The notes under the pieces: generated by a model
Seen by the model: the letters and a program-made list of their open reading frames with translations, nothing else
Databases searched by the model: none
What the model was told of the DNA's origin: nothing
NCBI GenBank assembly: GCA_002633005.1
Contig: NMRA01000173.1
Span: forward strand, 455,561-493,664
Reading direction: 5' to 3'
Length of the DNA stretch: 38,104 bases
Origin: Phoronis australis
Lineage: Eukaryota; Animalia; Phoronida
Shown here: positions 1 through 13,207 of the stretch, piece by piece
Position numbering within the stretch: position 1 is the first letter of the stretch
Layout: each line of letters opens with the position of its first letter
Position numbers and translations under genes: made by a program

Positions 1-2371
1 AAGCATTAGTTTTTGCCAAAATTTCTGTTTAACCCTTGCTCTTTGGAGCAATACGAAAGTCTCAGCATTTCTGAGAGGTGACCGCAAATGCAAATTATTC
101 TGAGCAGACTTCCCTTAGATTCCTTTAGATGACAAGAGTGCATAATGAAGATGTTCTAATTCATCTTCCATGTCAGCTTCAAGGCTGAATGATCCTGAAT
201 GAGATGTGTGCACTGCTATCCAGCTTGACCTCATTATTACTTTCTGTGCTCATTTCATGGAACATTGCTCTGTTCTAATGGTTTGATTCCACTCTCATTT
301 TCTACAGCTATGTGACTCTCAAGAGAAGCTAGTTGTCCTGATCTTCTGGAACACTACAATTATTTGAAGGAGACCAGTGACAGGAAAGAGTGAGCTCTCT
401 TGAGAGCTCTGATACCACTTTGTTTGTTCCAGCCATTTTTAGACTGCAGACACTTCACTCTCACTGCCTGGCTCTGTTCATTCCCCTGGTCTACTCATGC
501 CCATCATAAATTGTTAATTGGAAGCTGTGGAAACGTTGGTTTGGTAAAAACTGGTACTCCTGGTGAAGAGCTGACTAACCAGTTCTCAATGGATATTTGT
601 AATCATGATTTGATTGTGCAGCATGAACATTCTGCTTATCAAGGTGATATTAATTGTGAACGTGATGTCAGGTTGTTTGTTGGCTTGGATTCAGTCACAG
701 GCACAGTTCCAGAGGATGCATGTTCTCCACGGGACTTGAAACGTGTCCTTGGTGAGCAGGCAGTCAGGGGGAACAAGTCTCGACAAGACCAAGTGCGCAA
801 CTGTGTTAACGGATGGGTACGTTCAACCTTTATTTTTGAGACTTGTTATCCACTGAGTATGTGAACATCATGGGGTGCTACTTGGAATTTTGGACATATT
901 CCACACTTTATGAGAATGTAGAAATTAAATGAAGACAAGTGAAAATGTTACTAAAAACAGTGTCAGTTGGTGAACTCTTCATTTGTTTACCACAATATAT
1001 AGGCCAATGGAATTTCATTTTTCCAAATTCTCATGCGGAATGATTGTCCAGAAATATTTCACTTCTAACATGGTTTCAGTGTTCTCTACAAAGAAGAGAT
1101 AGAAAATATTGAGACATCATTTATTAGAACTAACAGAACATTGCAACATTGACTAGAACTAACAGAAGACATTGAAACATTGACTAGAGTGGGAGGAGTG
1201 CTGCTGTCCAATGAATGGTAGTGCTTCATTCATTCATAATGAATATTTTGACATCTGATGTGTTTCTGCTGGTGCCATCAGAGGTTACATCAAACAGACT
1301 TTTGTTGAGCGAAGACTAAGAGAGCCATCTATTGACAGGATTTGGTACTAGGATTATGTCGATGCTCTTTAAATAATTTAAGGCTGTGTCAGTTCTAACA
1401 CTATTAAGGCATGTGCCAGTTTTGTTGTGTTAAGGTTACATGGGACTTATGAAAAATGTCAAACTTTGGGTCTCATAAATGAATGATGGGACTCATGTGA
1501 AACTTTCAAGGGCTTTAATCACTTTACCAACATGCTGTTCAGACCTGATGCTGTTAGCAATTGTTTTTAAAATACTCCTTTATGGGAGGCTGTCAAAAAT
1601 AGGACTTCTATAATTTTTATGAAAAAGTATCAAAAATTATTTGAAATAACAATTAAAAAAACTGTTACATTGTTCTTGAGTTTTCATCTTGAACATTGAT
1701 ATCAAACCAAATATAAACAAGTTGCTCGTACCATTATTATGCTGTCAATGTATGTTTCTTTTTTCGAAATTTTACTAAATTGACATGATCACTTGGCCCA
1801 ATTAATGGGAGCTGAGTGAAGATTGAAAATCAAATTCTGCAGGCTTTCTACTTTCTGAAAATATTATAAATACACACACTTGTAGGAAAGTCATTCACTA
1901 TATCGTTATATTGATATAGTGATATCAATCAGTATTGGAATACAATTTTTTTCTTCAGCAATCATCGTTCAAGGGTCTTGTAAATAACTTGAGAAAGGTG
2001 GTGGAATGTTCCAGTCTAATTTCAGCAAATATTCTCCAGTTTGGTCGTATCAACTTCAAGAATTAAGATCAACCACAAACGATCATTCATCTCATTGTTA
2101 TGTATGATTTGGATGTAAAGGTTGTGTTGGCGCCTGTTTTCATTAATTTTATAAACTACTAAGTCAATTTTTAAACTATCGATACGAAATGCAATGTTAC
2201 AAATTTTAGAAATATTACATATGCCCAAGTCAACCATGTCCCAATCTATAGAATTAAGAAATTCAATTTCTGCTTGAATTTCTCTTTGCCAAGTTTTAGA
2301 GGCTGTCCCAAATTGGATGATTGGTACAGTATGTGAAGGATACTCTTGTTATATGTCAAATGTGTGCTTGG

Positions 2372-2563
2372 TCTGTTTGGACAGTCCCATGTGCAGATCT
2401 GTGATTGGAGACCGCCGTTCTGTTTGGACAGTCTCATGTGCAGATCTGTGATTGGAGACCGCCGTTCTGTTTGGACAGTCTCATGTGCGGCAGATCTGTG
2501 ATTAGAGACCTCCGCTCTGTGTGGACAGTCTCATGTGCAGATCTATGATTAGAGACCTCCGCT
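2372..2563. repeat. 47-bp minisatellite, about 4 copies
   Basis: GGACAGTC(T/C)CATGTGCAGATCTGTGATTGGAGACCGCCGTTCTGTTT recurs at 2379, 2426, 2473 and 2523. Confidence 0.92.
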
Positions 2564-3640
2564 ACACAACTTTGTGAACTTGTAGCCAGATTTGTAGAAT
2601 TTGATGGATTATGTTCTGCATTTTTGGTTTCAAATGAAACAAAAAATATTAGAACTATTGTATCTACTACTGAAGTATGTGAATTTCTTTGGAAACCTCT
2701 AATTTTCTGTTATTTCGGAAAAGTAGGGACTCTGTGTGGTTGTCTGCAGAAGGGAGTATTGTTATTCAGCCTTTGTTTGAATTAGAGTGTGGTGAGTAAC
2801 TTGAAAGCAAGGTCATTTGATCAGATTTTTACCTTACAAAGCCATGATCTGATTTGTGTGTACATAAAGGCTACGAAATAGCAAACAATTCAAATTAATG
2901 ACTGGAATTCAATTAAAAGAAAATGAAAGAAATAGACATTTTGAAATGTTGAAATATGCACATGAATCGGAACACGAGCTTAGAGTGTTAAAAAATCTGA
3001 CCAAATGGCCTTATTTTCAAGTTGTTCACCATGCAAGACAAAGGAGACCAGGTGGTGCTGCCGTCTAGTGGCTGATGTACAACTGGTTATTTCAGGAGTT
3101 TTCTCCCTACATAAATTATTAGTATTGCTCTTGCATGAGACAGTGCATCAGGTACTTTACAACTGCCACAGTTTAGTCATTAGTTAGATAACGGATCCAA
3201 TAGTTGAAACTATGAATAATGCAACAAGGACTGACCCTAGTTCAGACAATGGTAATGAATAGAACATGCAAGTGTACATATAACCGTGCACATAATATTT
3301 CCTCATGAAGGGCAACTGTAAAAACCATCACCTTTTTCAATTAGTGAATTTAGATACTTCACCAGATGGACGGTACACTGTAGTTGTGGGTAACGCCTTC
3401 AGGCTAAACTGACAGTTTTTCAGTTTCAGTCATCCTGCAATGAGTCACTCATCAGCAGGAGTTTCATATTAGCTGCAAGTTAAAGTATCTAGAAGATTGA
3501 ACCCTTATAAAAATAGTTATGAATACAATTTAGTGTGACCAATTCATTTTTCACTTTCTTCTATTAAATCCCTGCATTGTTTGTTCCTTGGGTACATTGT
3601 GGAACTGGGGCCTTAACTGAACTGAACAAATAAACCCTGG

Positions 3641-3708
3641 GGCCAATCAGATGGCCTTATCAGCTGGCCCTCAACCAAACCCAGTTATAACGGATTATTT
3701 GATTGGCT
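3641..3708. promoter_or_regulatory. Pair of oppositely oriented CCAAT boxes upstream of exon A
   Basis: GGCCAATCAG at 3641-3650 and GATTGGCT at 3701-3708 match the NF-Y consensus, 200-270 nt upstream of ATG 3911. Confidence 0.35.
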
Positions 3709-3910
3709 AGCCCATGGTTATGATCTCATTCAGAATGTGCCAGCTATTAAGTACTTGTCTTTCTGTTCTGAGCTGGCTTGTGCATTGAATTGGAAGGGTT
3801 TGACTGAGAGACTGCATTGTACACCCACCACCTGGGATAACTGGGAATTGAATGTTTCTGCTGCCCTATGGTCAAGGAGTAAGGAATTCTACAAATTACC
3901 ATTGGTCGCA

Positions 3911-4258
3911 ATGTCGTATCGTTCTGTGTACACGTCAGATCCACGAAGCTCTAAACCCTTGCGGGGGAGTAGCCTGCGCTCGGACAATGTGGACAACAAG
4001 TATAAGTCATCGTATACAACGAGGTCACAAGTCACCAAACCTGATGACCACAATACAACAACAACAACAACAACAACAACTGCTAATGGATCTGGTGAAA
4101 AAGAAAAAATGGCATCCCCTCGCAGTTCGCATTATGATCGCTATAATGTATCAGGCAACTCGGCGTCAAGATACACCTCTGACCGATTGACCAGTCGACG
4201 TGACTCTGAGGATAGTGTCAAAAGTGACCATTCATCCTCGTCCACATCTGCACAGTCT
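3911..4258 (+). CDS. SEPT7: Septin-7 putative alternative first coding exon A (Ser/Arg/Thr-rich N-terminus, MSYRSVYTSD...STSAQS)
   Basis: ATG at 3911, 116 open codons, CpG-richer than flanks, ends at TCT|gtaagt (phase 0), matching the phase-0 acceptor at 16251. No homology check possible. Confidence 0.7.
4055..4080 (+). repeat. (ACA)n microsatellite in exon A encoding poly-Thr
   Basis: acaacaaca run translated as a 10-Thr stretch in the exon A frame. Confidence 0.9.
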
Positions 4259-6947
4259 GTAAGTGTATATTGCTCTGTGTACTTTGAAAAATCAATTCTC
4301 ACCACAAGCTGGAGTTATAGCTGACAAATTACTTTCAAGTTGTTGGAATAAATAAGGCAGGAACTTATCGTAATTTAGAAGTCATCTAGTACAGGTATTT
4401 CACTATTTGGTGGCAGCTGTATGTGAATTAAAAACATTGTGTATGTGCAATGGGTCAACTGGGCTTCTGTTTTGTACTTGAAAAGCTTGTTTGAACAGCA
4501 TCTGGCAGTATTTTTCTGCTAATTAGCTTTACTTTGTTGGTGATCTAATCACATGTGGTGGTAATAGTCATTTGAGGTGGTAAACTAGCTTATACTGATA
4601 TTTTTCAAGCCACATGTGGTGATAACATGGCCTTGCTGTCCAATACACATGCCACAAGGCCCTGCTTACTGAACCATTCACTTTGCCTGGAGTATTGATC
4701 CAGTCTAATCAGTTAGATAGATGTCCAGTATTTGCACATTGTCTCAGTGTTAACACCAAGCAGTGCTGACCCTGTTGTACTGTACATGTCTACTTGTGAA
4801 GATAGTATGCCAAGCTCAACATAACTGTTCAGCCATACTATAGTACTACACAGATGTGTACCTGTCTTTGGCTTTGTTTGACACTGTTGACTATGAATTG
4901 ACCTGGAAATCAAGCTTTCATGGCCTCACTGAATGGGCTTCATTCATAATTTTCAATGAGCATTGATCAACTCCCCTGCTGTTACCTAATAAAGCAATTT
5001 TAGGGACCTGCTTGAATGTTGGAATCTGACAGGAATTGTAATTAAATGTGTTACAAGGACAGTTGGTCGCACAGAATCCTTATTTTGGCTCAAAGTGGAT
5101 AACTTCTTATTAATTGAATAATCTTTGTTACAAAAAGTGTATAGAATTTCTTGTTTATCTGGTAAAGTAGTGTGTGCTTGATACAGTGTGAGTGGCAGGA
5201 AGTGATTGAGAAGGAATGATGGCTGCCTAGTGTTGTTGACAAGACAAGCGCAGTTAGGAAGACTACTGACTGTTGTTTGGTTTGTGCATTTGTTAGATAA
5301 GGATCTTATGAGGAGAGGACAGGCTGATGACACTGCTTGGGTTGTTGTGTGTTGCAAGAAAAAGTCTGACCCACACATGCCTACAAATCTCGCCAATTTA
5401 GGACACTTCATGATACACAAGTCCTATTTCATTTTCTTCTTTTTGTCTCTAAATGATAAGCATCAACAAATCAATGGAGATTGTTTTCTGGTGCTGTAAC
5501 AAAGCTACCATGATAATAATATTTTGTGAACAGTCACAATAATGTTAGAAGTTAATGACCAATTTTGGCGTGTGTTTTTCAAGTATTGGTGAAATGTGGT
5601 AATTGCATGACTTTTGCTAGGTGTGTATTGACCACTGAACAATGTCATCTTGCCTAGTTACATGGATCCTTCCTATGCGAGACATTATTTTTGGTTATCT
5701 TGGAATTGTTCATTATCAGCAATTCTCGTAGTTATCAGGCTTCAAACAGGAAGTACTACTGTTGAGTGAAGTGCCATGCGTACATCCAGGTGTAACATTG
5801 CTCAGGTATGAACACCAGATGTTTCATGATAATCTTACCTGTATGTTATACAGGTGTTTAACACATTCCTTGAAGAGAACCAGTATTCAGCTGTAATAAT
5901 GATTTAGATATCGTCTGTTCTCACAATACAATTCAAGCAGCTCTCTCTAGATATAATTCAAGCAGCATATCTTTGCCTTCATACATCACATTTTTCCTTA
6001 ATAATTAATTTTTCACAAACCATGTTTTCTTACAAACAGTGTTCCTGTCATACACGTTGTTTAAAAGAATTGTCTTTATCAGAAAACAGGCTCTTTGTTA
6101 GATCACAAGTGTGAAAACCCGGCCATCCTGAATGGTTGGAACTGCTAAAAGAATGTGCAAGAACTATGGGTTGGGGGTGGATTCCAGCGCCAGTATTGTC
6201 ATTTGCTTCAGAGCAGCAGGTTAGATATTCAGACCAGATAAACCAGCTCAAAAATGCAACCTCAGACTACAGATGGCAGTACAATCTGAACATTGACAAA
6301 ATGTCACATTTTTGTAACTTCAAAAGGTGACCTTAAGTACCAAGATTATCCATCACTTACTTGTCCTTGATGCTAGTGAACTGTTCCCTGTGGAGGCATA
6401 TCTAGTTTGACAGTGACAGATTGTCTAATGCATTGCATAAATACAACAAATTCCTCAAAGATGTAACAAGCTAAGATTTTCTCCATTCATTTCAGTTATG
6501 AATATCAACCTTTGGATACCACAAGCATGTTTAATTAAGTTGTGTAGAGTTCTGTTTTGTGTAAGATAACCTTCAGTCTATAATTAAGTAAAAAAGCAGT
6601 TGGTGGGTGGGAGAATAAAACATTCAATATCTAGAGTAGATGTCGGGATATGTCTGCAGCACTGTTAGAGTTCTCTTAACCCCAGACAAGGTGTGGTTCA
6701 TTATTGGGCCCAAATACAATAAAATGTACCCACTGTTGAGTGCATTCTCTGCTTTACAAGACTGTTTGGTTATGACTCTTGTGAGATAGCTTCGAGTTCA
6801 ATTGTTGTTTGTGTAACTTACAATTCAAATCCGGTGAGTGTGGAGTTTTGAGAAGTACGTATATCTATCTTGCTCTGTTTGAAAAGGCCCACAAGTTTGC
6901 TATTCTCTGAAACTAATACAGTTGCCCAACACTTTCATAATGACTAA

Positions 6948-8137
6948 GTCACCTGTCTCACCGTCACCTGTCTCACCGTCACCTGTCTCACCGTCGGTCT
7001 CAGTTCTACCAATTGAGCGCGTGACGCCATAAGGAGAGTTTACATTACCCAACAAGGCAATACGTTCAATTTTTATGAAGAACTTGAGCGCTTTCAATGT
7101 GGAAAGTTCGATTGTGAAATGATATTTACAGCAACGAAGTTATTGACAATGAAGTAGCGCGAGTATCGGGTGCCATGTTTGTTTCATCCAGCTGTTATGG
7201 CACCTGTCTCAATTTAAAAGTCAGTGCAGTTAATTTGAATAGATGAAGACGTACCATTTTTCCAGCAAAATGGGGCATCTCTGATGATGAAGAACAGTTC
7301 AGGATTCTAAGCATTTACACACATACCCTTCAGTTTAGGATAGTGATTCTGATGCATTTACTCACAAACCCTCCATAGCATGGATATGGACTTGGAACAT
7401 ATTCAGGAATTCTGTAATTCCCTCGAGTTTCATTTTGTTATGGATAACAGTGCAATACAACGAGCCCAAACATGTGCAATACAAGGAGACGGTGCAATAC
7501 AATGAGACCAAACATGTGCAATACAAGGAGACGGTGCAATACAACGAGACCAAACATGTGCAATACAAGGAGACGGTGCAATACAANCCTGTCTCACCGT
7601 CACCTGTCTCACCGTCGGTCTCAGTTCTACCAATTGAGCGCGTGACGCCATAAGGAGAGTTTACATTACCCAACAAGGCAATACGTTCAATTTTTATGAA
7701 GAACTTGAGCGCTTTCAATGTGGAAAGTTCGATTGTGAAGTGATATTTACAGCAACAAAGTTATTGACAATGAAGTAGCGCGAGTATCGGGTGCCATGTT
7801 TGTTTCATCCAGCTGTTATGGCGCCTGTCTCAATTTAAAAGTCAGTGCAGTTAATTTGAATAGATGAAGACATACCATTTTTCCAGCAAAATGGGGCATC
7901 TCTGATGATGAAGAACAGTTCAGGATTCTAAGCATTTACACACATACCCTTCAATTTAGGATAGTGATTCTGATGCATTTACTCACAAACCCTCCATAGC
8001 ATGGATATGGACTTGGAACATATTCAGGAATTTTGTAATTCCCTCGAGTTTCATTTTGTTATGGATAACAGTGCAATACAACGAGACTAAACATGTGCAA
8101 TACAAGGAGACAGTGCAATACAACGAGACCAAACATG
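6948..8137. repeat. Tandem near-identical duplication (6967-7586 and 7588-~8137) joined by a single N; includes 15-bp and 42-bp tandem repeats
   Basis: Sequence after N7587 restarts at the sequence at 6967; the copies differ by a handful of transitions and in 42-bp unit number. Confidence 0.92.
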
Positions 8138-8235
8138 AGGATGTGTAGTAAATAATGGAGATTATTCCATTGATCAGTCATCCAGTCCTTGTGATGCTGA
8201 GTGATAGCTTTTGAATGTGAATCACTAATAATGGG

Positions 8236-8417
8236 TGAATGTTGTACTATTAAGGTGTCCACAGGCCTTATTGGGGTCAGGAATATTGTACTATTAGGGT
8301 GTCCACAGGCCTTATTGGGGTAAGGAATATTGTACTATTAGGGTGTCCACAGGCCTTATTGGGGTCAGGAATGTTGTACTATTAGGGTGTCCACAGGGCT
8401 TATTGGGGTCAGGAATG
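8236..8417. repeat. 44-bp minisatellite, 4 copies
   Basis: GTACTATTAGGGTGTCCACAGGCCTTATTGGGGTCAGGAATATT-like unit starting at 8244, 8288, 8332 and 8376. Confidence 0.92.
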
Positions 8418-11400
8418 ATGAAGCCTGCTAATGAAATGCTTATTTTAGTTGCCTTGACCATGCATTTGTACTTTAGGGATGTGATATTCTGCATGGATAA
8501 GGGTACTTTCTGTTTATCGCCTCTCATTAGAAGATTTGTTCCCTACAATATTCATGAAATACTGACTGTATACAAAGTGATATGAGTGCTAGCTGTCCTT
8601 CATCACTGGTGTTTTGCACAGGCTTATAGCTTACAGTCATGAACTAATTGGTTGGTGTTGCCTTTCACATCAGGAGTGTGGTAAATGTATGTGATGACCT
8701 GACCTTGTGGAATTTGTGTGTTGTTATTAGGGAGTGTCTGGTAGTTTGAACTCTGCTAAAAAATTTGGCAATGCATGTCAGATGGTTGACTGTTGTGCCC
8801 TGTGTAGCTGGCTAAACATGGACGAAATGCATCTTTAAATTAACTGTGCTCCTGTATGTGCTATTGTAGTCTTTGTTCAAAGATTGCCTCATTTCTTAGT
8901 CACACTATTACTGTAAAACCGACTTTGCTTGTCTCTAGTCTTTCAATCAAATACTGGCCACTCATTGCTCAATGTGCCTGATTGTCACTGTTTTGTAGTT
9001 ACCCATTCTTTCATTGAACATACTCCTCATCTTATTCTTAACTCAGAGGTAGACATGAATTCTAGGCATGATTAGAACAGTTTGTAAAACCATTCCAAAC
9101 TACGCTCTTTTCATTGTACATTAGTTTCACACAATAGTATGAAAGCAAATTTTAATCATCCATTCAAACAAATGGTTACATGATGTTTCTTTGTCCAGAC
9201 CAAATATGCCAGTGAAAATTTTTGCTATTTTACACCAAAACTTGATTTTTGTGGCTTTAATCTTTACAAACCAATTCTTGCCATTTTCCTTAACGATACT
9301 TGAATAGAAATCTTCCAGAAGAGTTTTCTGTTGTTCTTAACTCAATAACACTCCTTCAGGTGGTTCCCAACAGAACTACTTCGGTGCCCCCTATGGTTGT
9401 TTATGTTGGTCAGGATTTTGTTGATTTCATGGTCACTGGTGTCTCACTCTTTGTCCTTCATTTAGAGTTCTATTTGCCTTCTGGTCAAGTGATTGCAAGC
9501 CCTTGACTTGCCCTAGTACAGGTCTGGTAGGCTGGCTTATAAATGTGGCTCATAGTATAAATGGCAGCAATCCTGCCAAAATTTGAGTGTTGCTTTCAAG
9601 AAATAATTGTGCATTCAGAAATTGAATGACTCTTTGATTCTTTAAATCAAATCAAAACCGATGCTACGAGTTGTCACAATGAAATATATATCCCTTGATA
9701 AAGGTTTATGGTTTGCACATATATCATCACATAAAATTTGGTCATTGTGACCAGAAGCAGTAGCAACAAGGATGTTCACTTAATATGGCCAGTCTTCCTC
9801 ATAACACATTATACTCACATGGACAGAGCATCATCTTAAATATTATTCTTTATTTGGCACTGGTTTTCATGTCTTTCAGATTCTGAGCTAAGGGTTGTGT
9901 ATGCCTGGGTTTTGTGCTATGACAACTTTACCGTTGGTTACTAATAGCGGGAAATGTTGCAACTGTCAATGTTGAATGTTACAATCTGTTTGTCAGTTTG
10001 TAACCACATTGATGGGGGTTGGACCAGGGTGTATTGGTGTCATTTAGTTTGTTAATCTTGGCCAATCATTTACTGTTGGAGTCACAGATGTCTTGTTTAA
10101 CTGGATGTAGCATCTCAGTATTGTTGTCAGCGATTAATCTAAATGTTCTTTGATTTTAGCATGGGCAATCCAACATGCCAGAGTCATGATTAATTATCTG
10201 GCAAAACCTTCCTTCTATTGGTGGATATTTGTGCCAGCACCATTTTCTAATTATTTCTGTTTATGATCTTCATGGCCCGCAGAATGTTTATCCATGCTGC
10301 TGGGCCCCTCAGTATACATTGTTATTACTGCACTGTGCATGATGATTATGTAATGACTATATCCTAGTTCTGACACAGAATTCCAACAGCAGGCAGCCAT
10401 CAAGGTCTAAACAAACTGGAGTAAATGTGCAACAGGAGTCTGGTATATATTTGTCAACGTTCTGTGAGTCTTATGTCACTAGTTACTGTTGGCTGGTGCA
10501 GGCTCTCCTGGATCTCCTAAAGTTGGTCTTTTTGACATTCTTGGATTGTCTTCATTGTCCATGATTATCACCATTAGGATCCTGATAGCAACTTCCAGTT
10601 TGTGTGGGTTGGAAACTATCTGCAACCACAGTTGGCAGTTGACACACTTAAGGAACATTTGGTTGATTCACCTTTGCAGCTGATGGTGGTTGCTTGAACA
10701 CTTGGTGATATTGCTGTCACTGTTGGACCACATTTATGTTGTGATGGAGTTGTCATGTCAACAACATTAGTAGGAGTGGTTTGTTTTCTTGTTTTGTCTT
10801 CTGTACAAGTTGGTGCTGATGCGGGTTTTTTGACTGGTTACTGTAGAATTTGACCTTCACAAAAGTGAGGTTTAAACAAATCCAGATTTGTTGCTATTTG
10901 CTCTAATCCTACTTCTGAATCATGATGTCAGTGATTAGAGTCTCTGTGTTTTGAGTGGGAATCTGAGTTGCCACTTATTCTAGTTGCTGGAGTTGCAGCA
11001 GGCGTGAAATAAGTTGCATTCAAGCAGACCAGTTGTTCTGACACTGTGTTAAACTACTTTGGGGATATTTACATACTGGGCTCTGGCAGTCTGAAGTCTT
11101 GTCATACCAAGAGTAATGTTGGACATATTTGTCAAGGTTTTAGTCAGCTCGGCTATTTGAATTTTCTCAAGGTTGCTGTAACTCGCACACACAGGTTGGG
11201 CTGTGAGAAGGATTTGCTCTATAATCCTTTCTATCGTTGGTAACTAGAACTCGAGTACCGTAAATGCCTTTCAACTTTGGAGACTCACCAATCTGTGACT
11301 TTGTCATTACTGTGCATGTGAGCGAGGAGTTGCAAGAAATTGTCAGTCAGCAGTTTTGTAGAACCTCGAGGCATAATTTCGAAGGTATTGACAAGTCCTG

Positions 11401-11523
11401 ATACCATTTGCTGACATTCACAGGAGGGCTGTGCTGTTGACTCAATAGACACTTGGTCTGCTGATCACCTGTCTTGTGTTTTTATCAGAATAGTTTGATA
11501 TAGTTTGGGAAGCATACGAGAGG

Positions 11524-11531
11524 TATAAAGG
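11524..11531 (+). promoter_or_regulatory. Candidate TATA box upstream of exon B
   Basis: TATAAAGG 52 nt upstream of ATG 11576. Confidence 0.3.
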
Positions 11532-11575
11532 GAGTTTTACTGTTTGGGTGTAGGCGTTGTACATTAAAGAACGGG

Positions 11576-11983
11576 ATGTCTACTGAATCTGGACTGGATG
11601 TTCAGTCTAGTCATAATGAAAGGCCCAAGGTTCGACCAAAACCTATCCTGAAGGCACCAAAACCTCCTGTTGGTGGTCAAGAAATTCACAAGTCGTACTC
11701 CAGCCAAGGGGACGAACACAAGAACGCGAGTGGTGATGGAAATGAAGTGGCACCAGACAAAGCTGTGTGTGAAAATGTTAGTATAAGGAAACGGATTGCT
11801 GACCTGAAGAATAATGCTCATAAGCAGAAGGAGAATTCACCACCTGTGACAGGTCCACCTATAGCAGGTGATGAGAAAGGAAAGGTTATCCAACATGCAC
11901 CCATGTATGCTAACCCTCTTCAAGGTGGCGCTACTGGTATGTCTGATAGCGGTGTCGCTAAGGTGGCCACAACCCAACAGACT
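11576..11983 (+). CDS. SEPT7: Septin-7 putative alternative first coding exon B (Pro/Lys-rich N-terminus, MSTESGLD...ATTQQT)
   Basis: ATG at 11576 with in-frame upstream stop (TAG 11501), 136 codons of disordered-protein composition, ends at ACT|gtgagt (phase 0), compatible with the acceptor at 16251. Confidence 0.68.
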
Positions 11984-13137
11984 GTGAGTGGTTCCAGTCG
12001 TGAGACACCCAGCCCAAGTTGTGATCCATCAAAGAGTTTTGGTGTGAAAGTGTGCCTCACTGGTCGTACAGAGGAGTGGAACAGTGAAGTACTTGTGGAA
12101 GTATGTATTCTTAGGGAACTGTCAATGATTTATGTCACTCGGAAGTGAAATGATCATGCCAATTTTGAGAGAAGCATTTTTCTCAAATTTTGCCTCATTT
12201 TAAGTTTGTGTCATATCTAATTTGATAAGTCAACACACCACATGTTGTGGTTTGCCAGTGCATCTGGAAGTGCAATTACCACTAAACCTCATTTCATTCA
12301 GAGGTTGTTTTCATAAGGTCGTTGGGCTGAGTTTTGGTTCAGAACCATTGATTTCCTGGCAAATCAGTGAGTTGCTGTATAAGTTTCTGTTTCAACTAAG
12401 AGAGGAATATGGCCTTACTGTGAGTTACTAGACATGTTTAGCCAAGTTATTATGAGTGCATCATAAGCAAGAAATAATGTGTAAAAATTATGTATGTAAT
12501 TAGTAGTTATGTTATATTCTCAGAGGCTGCATTCTTGCACTAATGACACTTGGTGTACCAAAATTCTGACTTATGCCTTAGGGCTCTTTTCATGATACAG
12601 GACCATGAATCTGTTTGTTTTTTCTAATGATTTTGGTATAAAGTGTGATACAGACACATGTTTATGTTATTGTTTACAATCCGACTCCATTAACGTACAT
12701 ACTTGACACTACTATTTTCTGAATCCTCTAGTCACGGTGATTCCAAAAATGTATATAACGTGTACTGATTGGTTGCTTCTTATTCATAATTTCTGAGTTT
12801 TTCCAAGGTGTTCATTTGCAAAGCGGATTTAGTGAGGCAGCCATTTTTAAAAGTGTGACACCTTTCGGCAGGATTGATAACTAACGGTTAACCTAGAAGG
12901 TGAAGTTGATTTGATACAGAATTTTTCTGTGTTCGCATATTTTAGCCGGCCAGTGATATTAGTTATGTTGTTGCCTAATCTAATTGCCGAAGTCATGTCT
13001 GTGAGACGTCAAGTGTTTTCGAGGTCGACATTTTTCTGTGAGAACACACACTCTCGTGTTTTTCTGAAGAAGCTTTGAAGAGGCAGTCCTTTATAAATCT
13101 GTTACCATTTTTTACTCTGAGTTTCCCTGATGAGCCA

Positions 13138-13207
13138 TGCGGTATCTTTAATATTAATATATATATACATATATACATATATATGTATATATATTAAAGA
13201 TACCGCA
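13138..13207. repeat. Perfect 17-bp inverted repeat around a (TA)-rich spacer
   Basis: TGCGGTATCTTTAATAT (13138-13154) and ATATTAAAGATACCGCA (13191-13207). Confidence 0.9.

Noticed and set aside
400-864. 154-aa ORF
   Set aside because: TTG start, no recognisable domain, no convincing splice partners.
3852-4190. Poly-Gln ORF overlapping exon A
   Set aside because: Alternative frame of the (ACA)n repeat; ends in a stop and does not splice to the septin frame.
6900-7718. Repeated minus-strand ORFs with GETGD collagen-like and Cys-rich repeats
   Set aside because: Translations of 15-bp and 42-bp tandem repeats across an N junction.
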